A DNA stretch of 64,000 bases from Paragordius varius (GCA_964247055.1 OZ176052.1:3100001-3164000), one strand, 5' to 3'. Positions 49,261-63,400 are shown, counted from the stretch's first letter. Notes: generated by a model from the letters alone, not told the origin. Made by a program: numbers and translations.

Positions 49261-52200
49261 ATGACTCATATATTTATTAGCATCCCCTTGAAAAAGACTA
49301 AAGAGGTAGACGTAACAAATTCTTTGAAAAATTTCATTTCATCCAACATAAGCACAAGTGATAAACCTCAGGATTGTACTAAGGAAATCGCGGAATTCAA
49401 TAAACTTCGTAATAATGCAGTGTGTCGGAATATTGAAAAAAATGAATCATCTCTCGAAACTTTATATCGGTATTGCATTTATAATTATGCTAAGGTATTA
49501 TGATCAACTCGAAGCCATGGATACCAAAATGCCATTTGATGAAGCCCATGTATTATTTTTTTATAAATATTAGGTTCCGATAGCATTTAAATGGAAAGTT
49601 GCTTTTGACACATCGCTTTTCAATTACAAATCATCCCTAAGTTTACTTTAAAATATATAATTTAGCTATGGTAAGTGGACAATTCGAAAAGGCCTGTGTA
49701 TTATTCAATATTGCCGCTTTGCAGAGTGCGATCGCGGCATCCCAAAATCTGGATCAAGACGCTAATTTAAAATTAGCAGTAAGATATTTCCAGGTATTTT
49801 AACTTTTATTTATTTTTATTAATAAAATATTTACTTAGACTTTTGCGGGTTTCTTTTGGGTTTTTACGTTATTTCAATTATTTTAATATAATTTTTTATC
49901 TGATAAATTTATGATCCATGTAGATTATTTTCTTCAGGTGGTTAACCATATTTTTTTAAAATGTTATAAAATGATGAAAAAATATTGTAAAGATATATTA
50001 CTTGGCCATATATAATCTTGTGAATATTTTAAAATATGAGTATAATGATCTTAATACAGTCAATTAATTTAAATACCAATGGATGATATAACTATATACA
50101 ACATAACAAAACATAATTTACCATTTCAATTGTTTTAATTAAAGACAATTGTAATCAGTTGAAAAAATTATAATTTTCACATATATTTACACTAAATTTA
50201 TAATTGTTTTATCGCACATAATATCTGGTTAAATATAAAATCGGTTACAGTTACGGTCACTAATAATGCATTCATTATGAAATTATACAGGGAAGCATAT
50301 AATTATAAATTTTTGTAAAATTATAACGGAAAATCTTGATAAAATAATAATACACATATTTTTGGTGTGTTTTCTAGATGGCTGCTGGTACGCTTGCCAA
50401 TTTGAAGGAGAAATACATTTCTAATGGGCGCATTCAAAATGATACATTAACTTTGGATTTATCGTTAGAGTGTTTAGATGCCCTGTACTATTTAATGTTG
50501 GCTCAGGCACAAGAGCTCTTCGTTAAAAAGGCTAAGGAGGGTTTTATATCTCTATTTTTGCAATTTTAGTTTGACAATTAACGGTTCAAATTCACCCTTG
50601 AACAATTCGAATTTATCCTCTAAAAATTTAACACCCTAAAATATATGTGTTTTTTTAAAATTAAAAATTACCTATATTATATATTTTTGAAAAAAAATTT
50701 TGTTTTAAAATAAAATAATACTGAAATAATAATAAACTATACCATAATAATATATTTTATATTAATGTTGAGTTATATCTCGAAAACACTTAATTTTTAG
50801 GGTAAATTTGAATTGTTTAAGGGTGATTTTGAATTTTAAATGGTATATTTTTAATATCGGTAATATATTATAATTTACCTTTATGTTACTTAGCAAATTT
50901 AAAAGATCACTAGTAAGATGCGAAAAAATATAGTTTGTTTAGAGTTGAAGCATAAAAATCAAAGACTAATTTTATAATAATATACAAAAACTTATTTTAA
51001 TTCGTAAATCCGTTTTGGCAATATAAAAATTAAATAAATATTTAAAATGCACTTTATTAAAATAAACATCCTTTCTTTGAGTTGAGGTGACTTTTGCATA
51101 TTGACTTTTTTTTATTATTTTTTTGATAATTAAATTTTTTATTTTCTCATTTTCCGTTTTTTTATTTAATGGGATCTTTATATTCAAATCTTCTGAAATG
51201 CTTTGTTTTTATCATTTATATCTTTCTATAAATATTAATTGTTATATATTAACTCATATGCCTGATTGATTTAAATCAATATCTTGAAACATATATAAAG
51301 AAATTATACGAGCAAAAATTATACTAATGAATGTTCGATGGTTAAATATTGTTTATATGTAGAATAAAGATTTTTATATGCTTTCTTTCTAACAAATAAA
51401 AATAATTTATTCCATCATATTTTTTCTACCGTTTTGTTTTAGATAATAAGAAACCACTGGTTATTGCTAAATTAGCAGAGCAGGCAGCAGAATTTTACGC
51501 TGATACCCTAAAGCACATGAGTTCACCTACTCTTAAAGGCTTCTTTGATAAGGTAAGTGCGTATATTATTCAATTACTTAAATTGATTTAAAATCTATAA
51601 ATAAGTTTGATTTTTCATAATGGCATTTTTGTTAATTAAAAAATATTTATTTTTTATTTTAATCAAGGGTTACTTTTTTATGATAGAACCGTTAAAAGCT
51701 GCGTGCAATTTCACACAGTCCAATTAGTTGGATATTTTTGGGCCGTCATTTAAGAAAAAAAATTATAATTTTATATTTTTTCTTATCTGCAAAACAATTT
51801 AAAAAATATTATATAATTGAATAAATATAAATAAAATTTTTAAAGGGCTATTGTGTGTATAATGAGCCCTATTTTTCCAATTCATTATTATTATATATAA
51901 TTCTTAGAAAATATAATTTAAATATATAAATATTTAGATAAGGTTTCCATAATTGTTTAACTATTCTTTTGTCCCTTTTTGTTTAAATCCAAGTATTTAT
52001 CTCTCTCTGCATTTTATTAACAGGAATTCATTAACACGGTAACGTGTAAACGAGATTTATTGAATGGATTGGCACAATACTTTGCAGGCCTGGATGCCCA
52101 AACAGACAAGAGATTTGGAGAAGCTATTAGTCGATTTAGTGTAATTTTTTTGTTTTTTGGGGAAAATTTTGAACCTTTTTTTTTCAAAAAAATATTTTAC

Positions 52201-55043
52201 TTTTTTTAGAAGATTCAACTTTAAAATAAAATTTTAATAAATTACTTTTTTTACTTTTTTTGTCAAATTTTAAACATTTTTTTCTGGAAAAATATTATAT
52301 ATATGCTATATATATATATATATATATATATATGTAGATTAGCCGCTTATTTAAATGAAATTATTCTAATATTTATTTTTTATTTAATTTCTCTTTTTAA
52401 GGAAAACAATAATATTAAAAATTTCTATGGTACATTTTTATAATGAAGTATAGTATGAAAACTTATTAATATCAATTTATTTTTTTTGAATAAAGAAATT
52501 TTTTTACCCTATATCTTGAGTTTAAAGCTATTAATTTACCATCAAATATAATCCTAACAAAATAAGCTATTTATCTTTATACTCTAACTTTTGTAGTAAT
52601 ATGTTTGTTTAAATCAAAAAAAAATTACAAAGATTCGTATTTACTTTAATATTAATTTACCATTAAATATAATCCTAACAAGATAAGCTAATCAATATAC
52701 TATATTTTTGTGGTAATAATATGTTTGTTAAATCAAAAAAAAGTTACAAAGATTTGTCTTTAATTTTTAATATAATCTAAACCAATCATTAATTTTCAGA
52801 TAATTGATTAGTTAATATATTTTCAACAATAATTTTTATACAATATCTATTCGTTTTGTTCTTGCAATAGTATGCAGTCGAGTGCATTAAAATGGCACAA
52901 AAAATTGCACCCTCAACCAATTACATCCAACAAACGGTGTGGGAAAAATTGTATAAAGACCCATCTCTGGGCACGACTATAGAAATGACATATGCCAAAG
53001 CACACAAAGAAAATGATTTCATTTACCATGAAAGGATAGCTAAGCCCGCTGAATTAGAACCCATACCCAAAGCTACCCTAGCTAAACCCATTGAACCCGT
53101 GTATCCTTTATCGGGTCGTCACGAATTTAGAGGTTTTTTCTTTTATAATTTTAGTTTAAATTAAAGAGATTTTTTAGGGAAAAAAACTGACAAAAAACGG
53201 TGTTTAAGCGATAGAAAATATTAAAAACTGAATGAGTTTTTTGATTTGGTTAATGTAGTTTAATTAAAATTTTGCTTGGAATTGAATGGTTTGATGATTT
53301 TAAAAAACATTTTAGTCCTAATGAAAGGCAGAGAATACCCTATAAATATCTAGATTTTATTATGGTTACATTTCTTTAAATAAATGTAAAATATAATAAA
53401 TATGGAAAATTAGAATCCCTATTGTTTAAAACTGTGTTTTTTGCTTTTAACGATTCCAGTAAACCACTAACTAGTATTAGTGTAAATCCCATAGAAAATT
53501 AATGTAATTGCATGTTTGGCGAAGGGGATATATGTGTAAGTAAGTTATGGATTATTTTGTTGCCTCTTAAAAAACCATAATTTTTTGATAGAAATATTCT
53601 TTTTTAATTTTATATTTTTACAGATCTTTTCCAAAAAATTGTGCCTATACCTGTTAATCAAGCCCTTGTTATATATGAAACGAGGAAAGCTGATTTAGTC
53701 AATTCCAACATTGCTAGATTGCGTCAAGCAACGCAAAATCTCAACAGGTTACTTTTTTAAAAAAATGGATTTTTGCAAAAAATTTTGGGTTTTTTTGAAT
53801 CGAGAGAAACCATCAAATGATCATGATGGGTTGATAAAAAACAGAGAATATTGATTTTATCAGTTGTTGTTTATTTTTAAAACATGTTCTAATAAGTTTT
53901 TATCGATAAATAATTTTACTTAAATATATATTTGTTTCAAAAGCCAATTAATTCATTTACATATTTTTTGATTTTAGAAAAATGTGATAAAATAGGGAGG
54001 TATGGCTTTTTCTATAAGGAGTTTGTCCCAATTTAAATATATATGATTTTTGCTAATTATATTCATCGCAGAATATTTAACCCAACTTCAATAATATCCT
54101 TTTACTATTTATTTTATTACAAATTCCTTATTAAAAAAACTTAAGCGCAAAAATTAGGTTTTCGAGTATCATTTTAATGCAATTAACATCATTTTTTGGA
54201 ATCTTAAATCTGATAGTTTTTTATTTAAAAATACACATATTTCACCCAAAATTAGTTATCACAATTTTATATTTATATTTACAGCATCAGATTTTACACT
54301 TTTAAATGGGTTTATTTAAAGGGATGCAAAATTATATATTTAATTTTTTCTTGCATCAATAATTAACAGAAGTTTTAATTACTAAAAATCTTAATTTTTT
54401 TTGAATAAAACTTTTTATAACATATTTTGAATAATTTTTAGTTTTTTGGTGGCCATGAATTTACCTGCGTCTCTTGAAGATATAACCGGAGTCGAAATAT
54501 CGGGTAGCCATTCTAATACAGCCGTTGGAAAAGTTGGAGGTCTCATCGGTAATTTTAAGTTTTTTTATGAATATTTAAAGTAAAAAATTTGTTGCATTAC
54601 ATCAGTTAAATTACTAATTTATATTTTTATAAATTAATAAAGAATTAATTGTTTTTTGTAATATATGTGAATATCTTTCAAAATCCAATTAACTGTTGAT
54701 GAAATATATTTTCTAATAATTTTCTTGTAATTAAGATGTAATTATAGTTATTTACACTTAACTTACTTAATAAAACGTAAGATTTTACAAGCGAATAATC
54801 CATAATATTAATCGGCTGTAAAAAATTAAAGTTTTAATTTTTTCATATTATAGCTCAAGTCTTTTAGAAAGTTTTATATGCCGCATAAAGATTATAAATA
54901 ATTCTTAATATTTTTTACATAAACTATTTATCATGGATATATAATCAAGATTAGAGATGTAAATAAATAGCACGCCCAATTTTATAACTAAAATATTAAG
55001 GTTTACAAAATATGGTGGTTATGTTTATAAAAAAACAATATTC

Positions 55044-55078
<35 letters not shown>

Positions 55079-58000
55079 TGTTACAATTTTTTTGCATTTT
55101 AATTTTTTATTTCTTTTTAATTATATTAGGTTCATTTATTTCGGATTACACGGGTGTTGGGAACAAAAGAATCCCCAGATCGCTACTTAACAAAAGTAAT
55201 GCCATTAAAAAGGTTGGGGGCATCGTGGCTTTAACTAAACCCATGTCGGAGTTACCTGTGTTACTTCAACGCAATAAAGATATTCTTGCTGAAGTATGTA
55301 TAGTATATGTGTAATTTTTTTAATAAATTTTTATAAATGATATGAGATTTTTTGGGGATATTAGTTTAATTATAATTTTTAATGTGCTTTTTGTGCATTC
55401 ATAGCAAAATTTAGTTTAATTAAATTTGTTAAAAAACAGCACCTCAACTGTTTGATTAAGAACTGATGCTATTAACATAAATAATATGGTATGAAAAACA
55501 AAGAGTATTATCTCCAAAAGAATTGTAATTCAAATGACGAAATATATAACAATCTTTTCCACACCTCTCTTTTACCTTTTTAAACATAAAAGTTGTTATA
55601 TAATTAAAATTGGAAATAAATATGGTTGTCTTTTTGTCTATGCAAAAAACAATTTTGTCTTTTAATTTTTGATTGTATTTTAGGCATTACGTATATTGGA
55701 TGATGAAAAAGAAACTGATATAGAATTACGTAAACGATTTGGTAGCAAATGGGTTCGAACCCCGTCAGAAAAATTACAGACCCCCTTGCGCGAAGAAGCA
55801 CGAAAATATAATCAGTAATATTCACTCTAATTTTAATTTTATGATAGTTAATCGAAGTTACTGTTTTTATTAAGTGCAAATTGTCCGTGTAATTTAGGAT
55901 AAGCTGTTTAAGACACACATATGTCCTAACAACATGGTAGTTTTTACTATTTACTTTGCAAATATGTTTTTTGGCAAAAAACTTTAAGAATTACCTAGAT
56001 TTTTTTAAGTGTAAATTTTGGGTCAATTTCCATGTAATTTTTGAGTTTCTATGTTCCATTAGATTAAAGTTAGTTGGTTTGTGAGCTTGTGTATTTTAAT
56101 ATATAAATGTTTTTCAATGCTAAAAAATCTATTTGCACCCGTTTTCAAATTTTCCCTGGCTAAATCTTACATTTTTTCAAAAGTTTTAGGCATATGTATT
56201 TTGAAAGTAACAGCTATGATTAGTTATTAAATTTGAAAATATTTATTCTCCAATTCTCAAAATGAGAGTGTTTTTTTTAAATAATCTGCCCCTTAACTAG
56301 ATTTGTTTATTATCAGCATTTTTTTGGCATAATTAATTTTTTTAAGATAAAGTTTACCTCTCTTATTAAATACATAAACCTGCGCTTTTTAAGCGCACAC
56401 AATGAGGCGAAAAATGAAAATAGTAATATTTTATCTGTTTTTTAATTAAATTATCCAAAAAATGATCTAAATTAAAATTTTTTTTTTTTCGTTAATTATG
56501 AATAAATATTTGTTAAAGAATGGAAAAACAAGAGCTTTATGGTATTTACAATATCATATTCATCAAAAAAGCATAAGAATTAGCATAAAGCTCTTGTTTT
56601 TCCCATTCTTTATCAAATATTTATACCCAATTAACGAAAAAAAATCTTTTTTTGATAAAATAATGGATACATGACGGTATATTGGAAATAATGATTAATT
56701 TTTAATCATTTTTAATCATTTTAATTCCATCCAACAAGTGTCATGATCTGGGGATTATAAGCAATAACTTACCCACACAATGTAAATTTATAACATTTTT
56801 GTAAACACATATATTTTTGGTATGCACTTAGAATTATTGAAGCCGCAGTCCAAGCTGATGAAATTGTCAAAAATAAATTTGAACAACATCGAAAAATTAT
56901 TGAATTGCTATGCGAACCAGAGGTAAACTATCACCTTTTTTTACATAAATCAAATTTTCCTAAAAATTTTATATTTTATTTCTTCACCTAAGGTACCGAA
57001 TGAAAATTATAATTAAAGTTAGTAAGTAATGTGGAAAAACTAAGCATAATAATAGACAAAACTTATGCTTTAGATAAAACCCATCATATAGAATTTACGA
57101 AATTTTTTGAAATACTAAAAATCTGCCTTTTACATTTTACCCCCTTTACTTAGTAAAAATCAAAGTTGAAACATAGAAAAATATGGAATTTGCCATTATT
57201 ATTATTATTAATTTGCATTTTATTCATAAATATTTTTATATCAAATTTCTTATATGTAACTCATGCTTAATTTTTTTGGATTCTAAAAGCTATTTAGTTT
57301 CTTTAACTAAAGAGTGAAAAATTGGAAAAACTACATTTTTCACTCTATACATAAAAATTGAAAAATTGGAAAAACTACATTTTTCACTCTATACATAAAA
57401 ATTGAAAATATTCGTATTTATAAAGACAAATATTTATTTCTAAAAGACAACCACCATTACTTTTTAAATCTTAAATGTTGTAAATATAACTCATTGTTTA
57501 AAATGGCAAAGTGTTAATAGAGATATATATTACTAACACAATTAATTTTATAGTTAACGATCCCAAATAAATAGCTTCCATATAAAAAATAAGGTTTATA
57601 AAGTATGGTGTTGTCTTTTGATTGAAAAAAAATTTTCTTTATATTTTTACGTTTTGTCTGTCTATTTTCAAATTTTACTGTATATATATATATATATATG
57701 TCCTCTTTTTGTATTACAATAGATTCAAATCGCTAAAAATATTTACCTGAATGAATAACTTTTTTTGTATTTATTCCTTTTTTATCATTTTTTTGTTTTT
57801 GCATTACAATAGAATGAAATTGCTAAAAATATACCGTCGAGTGTTGGAGCATTGAGCTCAGACCTGCCCGTCGTTAAAGAACTCAAAGAGTTGATGGAAA
57901 AAATTGAAACACTCAAAGCCGAACGTGAAACGATCGAATTTGAATTTCAACAAAAAAATAATGTGGGTCCTGCCTCAACAAACAACACAACGACGTCAAA

Positions 58001-61000
58001 AAATGATAACACTTTTGCACAGGATACAACAGATGCCATAAGTTTGTATTATCAATTTTATTTTTTATTTACAATTGCAAATTGATTGAAATACTTTTGC
58101 ATTAATAAGAGGTATTTGAAATAAAGAGCTACTACTTTACAGTTTAAATGACCTTAAACAATGGTTTCATTCTCGTATAATATATTGAAATATAATTAGC
58201 ATGGTTTTTTTTAGTTAATGGATGGGTTAAAAAAATTTTTTATGGGGGAGTTAGTGATCTTGTCATAATTTCACTTAATCGAATTAATTTAACTTTTAAT
58301 TTGTCGATTCTGTTAAATATATAATAATATCTCCTAAAAACAAACATATTATCTGGTGTCATTCAATTAAAATTTAAATAATATCTTTTTATACTTGTTT
58401 CTCTGATCTTATTACTATTTTGTAGATCAAAAATTTATGAAAGTATTTACCACGCAAGGTAAAATAAATGAGAAAGAAATTTCGGATGACATCTTACAAG
58501 CAAGTTTTGGCGATTTGGAAAAACAAACCAAAGAGAGCCTAAATTCCCAGGATAATTTGATAGAACGTATACAGGTTGGTCGGTTATATACGAATTAATT
58601 TACTGTTTCTAATTTTGTGAAAATGAAAGTTAACAATTTTAAACGCAAAGAAAAGTATGATAAAAATGATAATTTTTTTACAAATATGCGTAGTTTTTAC
58701 CTTTTAACAAGAGTGATAACCTTTTAAAATCTGAAAAAAAGATTGTCGTTTTAAGAAATGAGTTAAACGAAATAATTACATATTTGACTATTTTTAAAAT
58801 TAGCTTATTAATTAAGGGTATTTTTATTATGAAATTAAATTTTATACAATTGTATATAAATTATATTTTCTAGTCAAAAATTTAAAATCAGTTAAATATT
58901 ACCAATCTAGTCTATCACAGAATACTCACTAAGTAAATTTTATTTTAACAGCAAACTTTTTTCTTTTTTACAACAAAACACAAATATAAATATTATTATT
59001 GTAATTATAATTATTCGGCTAAAATTGAATGAAATTATTGGGTAAAAATTTTCGATTACTACAAGTAATCTTTGTTGTCAAACGTAAAAAAATAAATTAA
59101 AATATAAACTAAAATTACAGTATAAATTAAAAGTAATCAATATTCCTTTTCACACAGGTAGCTAATTTAGCATTTGTCCAAGAAAAGAGTAAGGATCCCA
59201 ATTTTGATGCCAAAAGACGTGATAAATTTTTGCAAGAATTGGCTTCAGCATCTGATACATTCACCGAATTATGCGCTAATCTTAAGGAGGGCATAAAGGT
59301 TAATGACAAAAGGATTAATTTGAAATATAAAAGAATATGTATATATATATATATAAACCAGATATCAGTTCGAATTTACCCTTGAACAATTCAAATACAC
59401 CCTTGAACAATTTAAATTCATACCCTTGAACAATTCAAAATTAATTAAGTTTTTTCCAACTAATATAACTCGTGATTAATATAAAATATATCTTTATGGC
59501 ATAGTTATTATTTTTTCGGTATTATTTTAATTTTAACAAAATTTTATTTTTCTAAAAATATATTAAAATAAAGGTAATTTTTAATTTAAAAAAAACATAT
59601 AATTTATTTGAGAGTGAATAGGGTGAATTTGAATTGTTAAAAAGTGAATTTAAATTGTTTAATTTGTTCAAGGGTGAATTTGAATTGTAAATGGTATATA
59701 TAATTTTATTTGGCAATAGAGGCGTTGATAAAACTATAAAAAATAAGTTGAAATTATATCTGAAAAAAAATTGATTTGTATAATAGACACAAAATCTAGT
59801 AGTATTAAATGGGTATTTATCAGGGATCGGAAATGGAACGGAACTGTTAGTTTTGATATTTTTAAAACTGTTAACTCTTTTTTAACATTTTTTTACCGAA
59901 AATAGACTATCACCAAATTTTAAATAAAAATGAAATGACAAATATTGCATTAAAAACAAGAAAATTAGAACCGTATAACCATTTTTTTCGCAAAAAACAA
60001 TGGAATCAGCACTAAAATTATTTTTAAATTTTTGGAACTTGATTCATTTTTTCCCTAAAAATAAATCTTTGGAACCGATTTTAATCCCTAGTGTAATTTA
60101 TTAATAATATTGTTAAAAATGTAATTATACAGACAAAACGTTAAAAGAAAAGCTTTTTTACTAAAACCATATTTTTTCAAATCTTGATTTTCCTAATATA
60201 ACATATCGTTTTGGTTCACAAAAGAAGAAATAGAAATGTAAATTGGTAACATTCAAATACATTCCCCAATTACCATTATACAGTTTATGTAGAAAAAAAA
60301 ATCAAGGTTTAAACAGATTTTTGTTTATAAATATTTGCCTTTGACCTTTATTTTTACTGTACTGTAATTTAATGTATGTAATTATTCTGAATAGTTTTAC
60401 AATGATTTGACACCCATCCTCCTAAAGTTTCAAAATAAATGCAGTGATTTATGTTTTGCCCGTAAAACGGAAAGGGATGAACTCATGAAAGATATGCAAG
60501 ATTCTATTGTAAATCAACCGGCTCATACCTATGTTTCACCCTATGAGAAAAACGCGACAAATAAATTGAACACCACCTCCGCACCGGATTCTGCTGGTAA
60601 AAAAAGTGTCATATGCATTTTTCGTTTTGAATGTTTAGTTTTTTTCATACTGATTACATTTTTTTTTCAGTGTAATTAAATTATTAAAACTTACGTTTGT
60701 ATTATGCGGTAGGTAAATTGTTAAACAATAAACTATAAACGCAGCAAAAATTATTGGGTGCCGATTTTTTTTATAAAAAAAATCCAAATAAAATAGAAAA
60801 TTGTAAATATATAAAAAATATTTTTTTAAGATAATCCTACCTCTATCAAGTTTCACTAAATTCGAATGAATCAAATATTGATATTAGTTTTTTTTTAATA
60901 ATCATTACACATAATTTTTAAGTTTATCAATCTTTTGGTTAGAAAAGTAACGGTTCTTTACTTTTTTTCTGATGATTGTAGGACCACCCTCAAGACCACC

Positions 61001-62091
61001 TCCCCCATCCTTTTCGACGCCAAACAACACCATTCAACCAAGTATATATCCTTCCTTCATTTATTTATATCGACTTTTACTTTTGTTTCATGTCTTACAA
61101 TTTAACACCGATTTATCTTGTGTAATATTGAAATCTGATAAGACTCTAACCTTTTAAGCAAAGTTTTTTCCAAAATTGTCTAAATCCCGGTGTTTAGCCT
61201 AAAAATAATTCTTAATTGGTTTCGCTTGTTAATATTATATACAACAGGAAAAAAACATTATATGATTTTATAAGATTATCATAATTCAATTGAAATTAAC
61301 ATTTTGAATACCGCTGCTTTTAAAACAGTACTCGCTTCCAATTAAATTTAATTTCGAAACGATCCCAAACAACTAACTATTTTGATTTAAGAAAAACGTT
61401 CCATATTTCAATTCCTAGTTTTTACCGAGTATCATAACAATATTTTACAATTTAATATACATTGTAAAAGGTCAAGCCCCTTTATTCCAAGCCCAAGCCA
61501 GCAATTTTAATGTTAATCCTTCAGCTCCTACAAGTTATATGATGGCCCATCAACAATCATTAGCCCCGACTGTAATGCCTTTGGGTTTTAATCCATTCAG
61601 TTATCAACCTCAAACAACTTACCCTATGCAATATCGTAAACATTATAAATGTTACTAACTTTATATGAAATAAAATGTTTTGATACCGTTTTTTAAATGA
61701 AAATTGTTGAATTCCGTTTAAATAATGCCATGATCTTAAGGTATACTTTCACTAAATTAATAATTTTTTTGAAAAGGATATATGTGAAATTTTATAAATT
61801 AATGCTTTGTTAAGACGCAATGTAAAACGGATATTTAATAAAATACACAATTTTTTTAAAAATCAAAAAATAATGCGCTGATCGATGATGGAAAAAGATT
61901 TCTTTTAATAAACCATCATTAGTAATAATATTTCATACTGTATTATAATTATTTTTCAAACATTATTTTTCTGTGATTTAGCATATGGAAATGCAATGCC
62001 TTATCCAAATCAACCACCTATGAATATGCCATATCAAGGATTTCCTATTCCTCCAAATGTACCCCAACCGACACAACCTTATTTTCATTAA
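49261..62091 (+). CDS. PDCD6IP: ALIX / programmed cell death 6-interacting protein (Bro1 + V + proline-rich domains), 20 exons, about 927 aa
   Basis: Exons 49261-49469, 49495-49549, 49574-49640, 49666-49793, 50378-50540, 51443-51552, 52024-52140, 52871-53132, 53624-53747, 54442-54548, 55130-55293, 55684-55814, 56832-56922, 57813-58041, 58426-58574, 59158-59298, 60395-60596, 60982-61041, 61471-61635, 61982-62091 (2784 nt). Motifs: [112 protein letters not shown] (61518-61529). Confidence 0.95.
50570..50847. mobile_element. MITE family A, degenerate copy in an ALIX intron
   Basis: Contains TTCAAATTCACCCTTGAACAA units and ends AAATGGTATA; the left end is eroded, so the start is approximate. Confidence 0.7.
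56490..56636. repeat. Palindromic element of about 150 bp in an ALIX intron (probable MITE)
   Basis: AAAGAATGGAAAAACAAGAGCTTTATG is mirrored by CATAAAGCTCTTGTTTTTCCCATTCTTT, with outer arms CGTTAATT / AATTAACG. Confidence 0.75.
59353..59698. mobile_element. MITE family A, copy in an ALIX intron
   Basis: Same 21-bp units and core; ends GTAAATGGTATA. Left end approximate. Confidence 0.75.
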
Positions 62092-62695
62092 AAATTTAAG
62101 CATAATTTTTTTTGGCTTTCGAAAAGCATGAATATATGTGATTATTCTTAATATATAATTAGTTTAAAGTATTTGATAATCAAGAAAATTGCCACGCTAT
62201 ATATACACTTATACCCTTTCTTTATATATTTAATGCTATCTTCAAATGATTTAATTTATATATTACATATATATTATTAAAAAAATAAATTCCTTGCTTT
62301 CAATATCCCTCACAATATTAAGAGACTTGATATGCCTCGTAGAACTAAATTGATAGCGATATGGGTGAATATAAAATTATAAACTATACTAAACAATAAA
62401 AAATTTGGACAACCGGTTTTTTTTTTCCAATTTCTCCTAATTATTGCAAAAATACAACAAAATATAAATCACAATTTGTCACAGAAATAAACTGAAATAT
62501 TTTAATACCATTATTTGTTATGTATGTTAAAACCAAAAATAATTAAATAATATGGCTTCATAAATACTATAAATCACATTTATTACATTGTATAAAGATT
62601 GATTAAAAAAATATTTAAAAATAAACGGTAAAAACCATAAAATATTTTTCAAAATTAATATCATCATCATCATTATATCATATTAAGCAAAAAAT

Positions 62696-62895
62696 TTATG
62701 GTGACAGGAACCCTGTTTCAAACAATTTCTTCAAGAAAAATTTGAGTTCAGCCAAACTGTTTTCGTCTTTGAGATTTAATTTTCGTAACGTTTCAGGATC
62801 ACCATTTTCAATGTTTATGAGGAAATTCCTTAAATGATCCACATCATCCCTCATGAGATTAAAAGCTATAGCAAATTCCTGTATAGTTTTGCTTT
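62696..62895 (-). CDS. Terminal coding exon of an unidentified gene convergent with ALIX
   Basis: An acceptor (ttttag) precedes an open frame SKTIQEFAIAFNLMRDDVDHLRNFLINIENGDPETLRKLNLKDENSLAELKFFLKKLFETGFLSP-TAA, with protein-like composition in otherwise AT-rich DNA. Upstream exons are unresolved and the family is not recognised. Confidence 0.6.
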
Positions 62896-63301
62896 CTAAA
62901 AACGTAAAAATGCAAATTAATTTTATAAAGATATATATATATATATATACACCAAGAAAAAATATATATAATTTTTATATATTTTGTGTCTCAATATAAA
63001 TTTATAACTTGGTGTGGACAATAGGTAATAGATCATATTTTTACCAAAATAAAACAACCAAACATAGGAGATTAATTTAAATGATGCATTTATATTGACT
63101 TACTTACCATCTTTTAAAAAATAAACAACGACTTCGAAAATTTAAGACAAATTTTTATTAAAGTATAGGTTAATTTAATTAAGTCGAAAACTCCAAGAAG
63201 TTAAGACAAGAGACGGAATAAATATTATTAACAGGTTCCAGAACAAAGGATAGGGAAATGCATTATATTAATCCCAAACGTATGAGATATGGCTAACATA
63301 T

Positions 63302-63400
63302 ATACACTGTGTGCAAAAAAATTTTAAACGAAAAAATTTTTTTTCATGAGATAGCTTATGACCAGCGTATTCATTTGCCGCAACAATTTTTATTTGTTGA
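63302..63400. repeat. Dispersed repeat, also at about 20585-20690
   Basis: Shared TGTGCAAAAAAATTT ... TTTTTCATGAGATAGCTTATGACCAGCGTATTCA.TTGCCG. Confidence 0.75.

Noticed and set aside
55750-55770. GGTTCGAACCC resembling a tRNA T-loop or B-box
   Set aside because: It lies in an ALIX coding exon (WVRTP) and forms no cloverleaf.
52530-57410. Local direct duplications in ALIX introns (about 115 bp at 52530-52760; about 45 bp at 57315-57410)
   Set aside because: Ordinary slippage-type duplications of AT-rich intron sequence with no sign of function.
63100-63160. Strong GTAAGT donor on the minus strand as a candidate penultimate exon of the 62.9-kb gene
   Set aside because: The frame closes about 15 codons upstream with no convincing acceptor; left unresolved.
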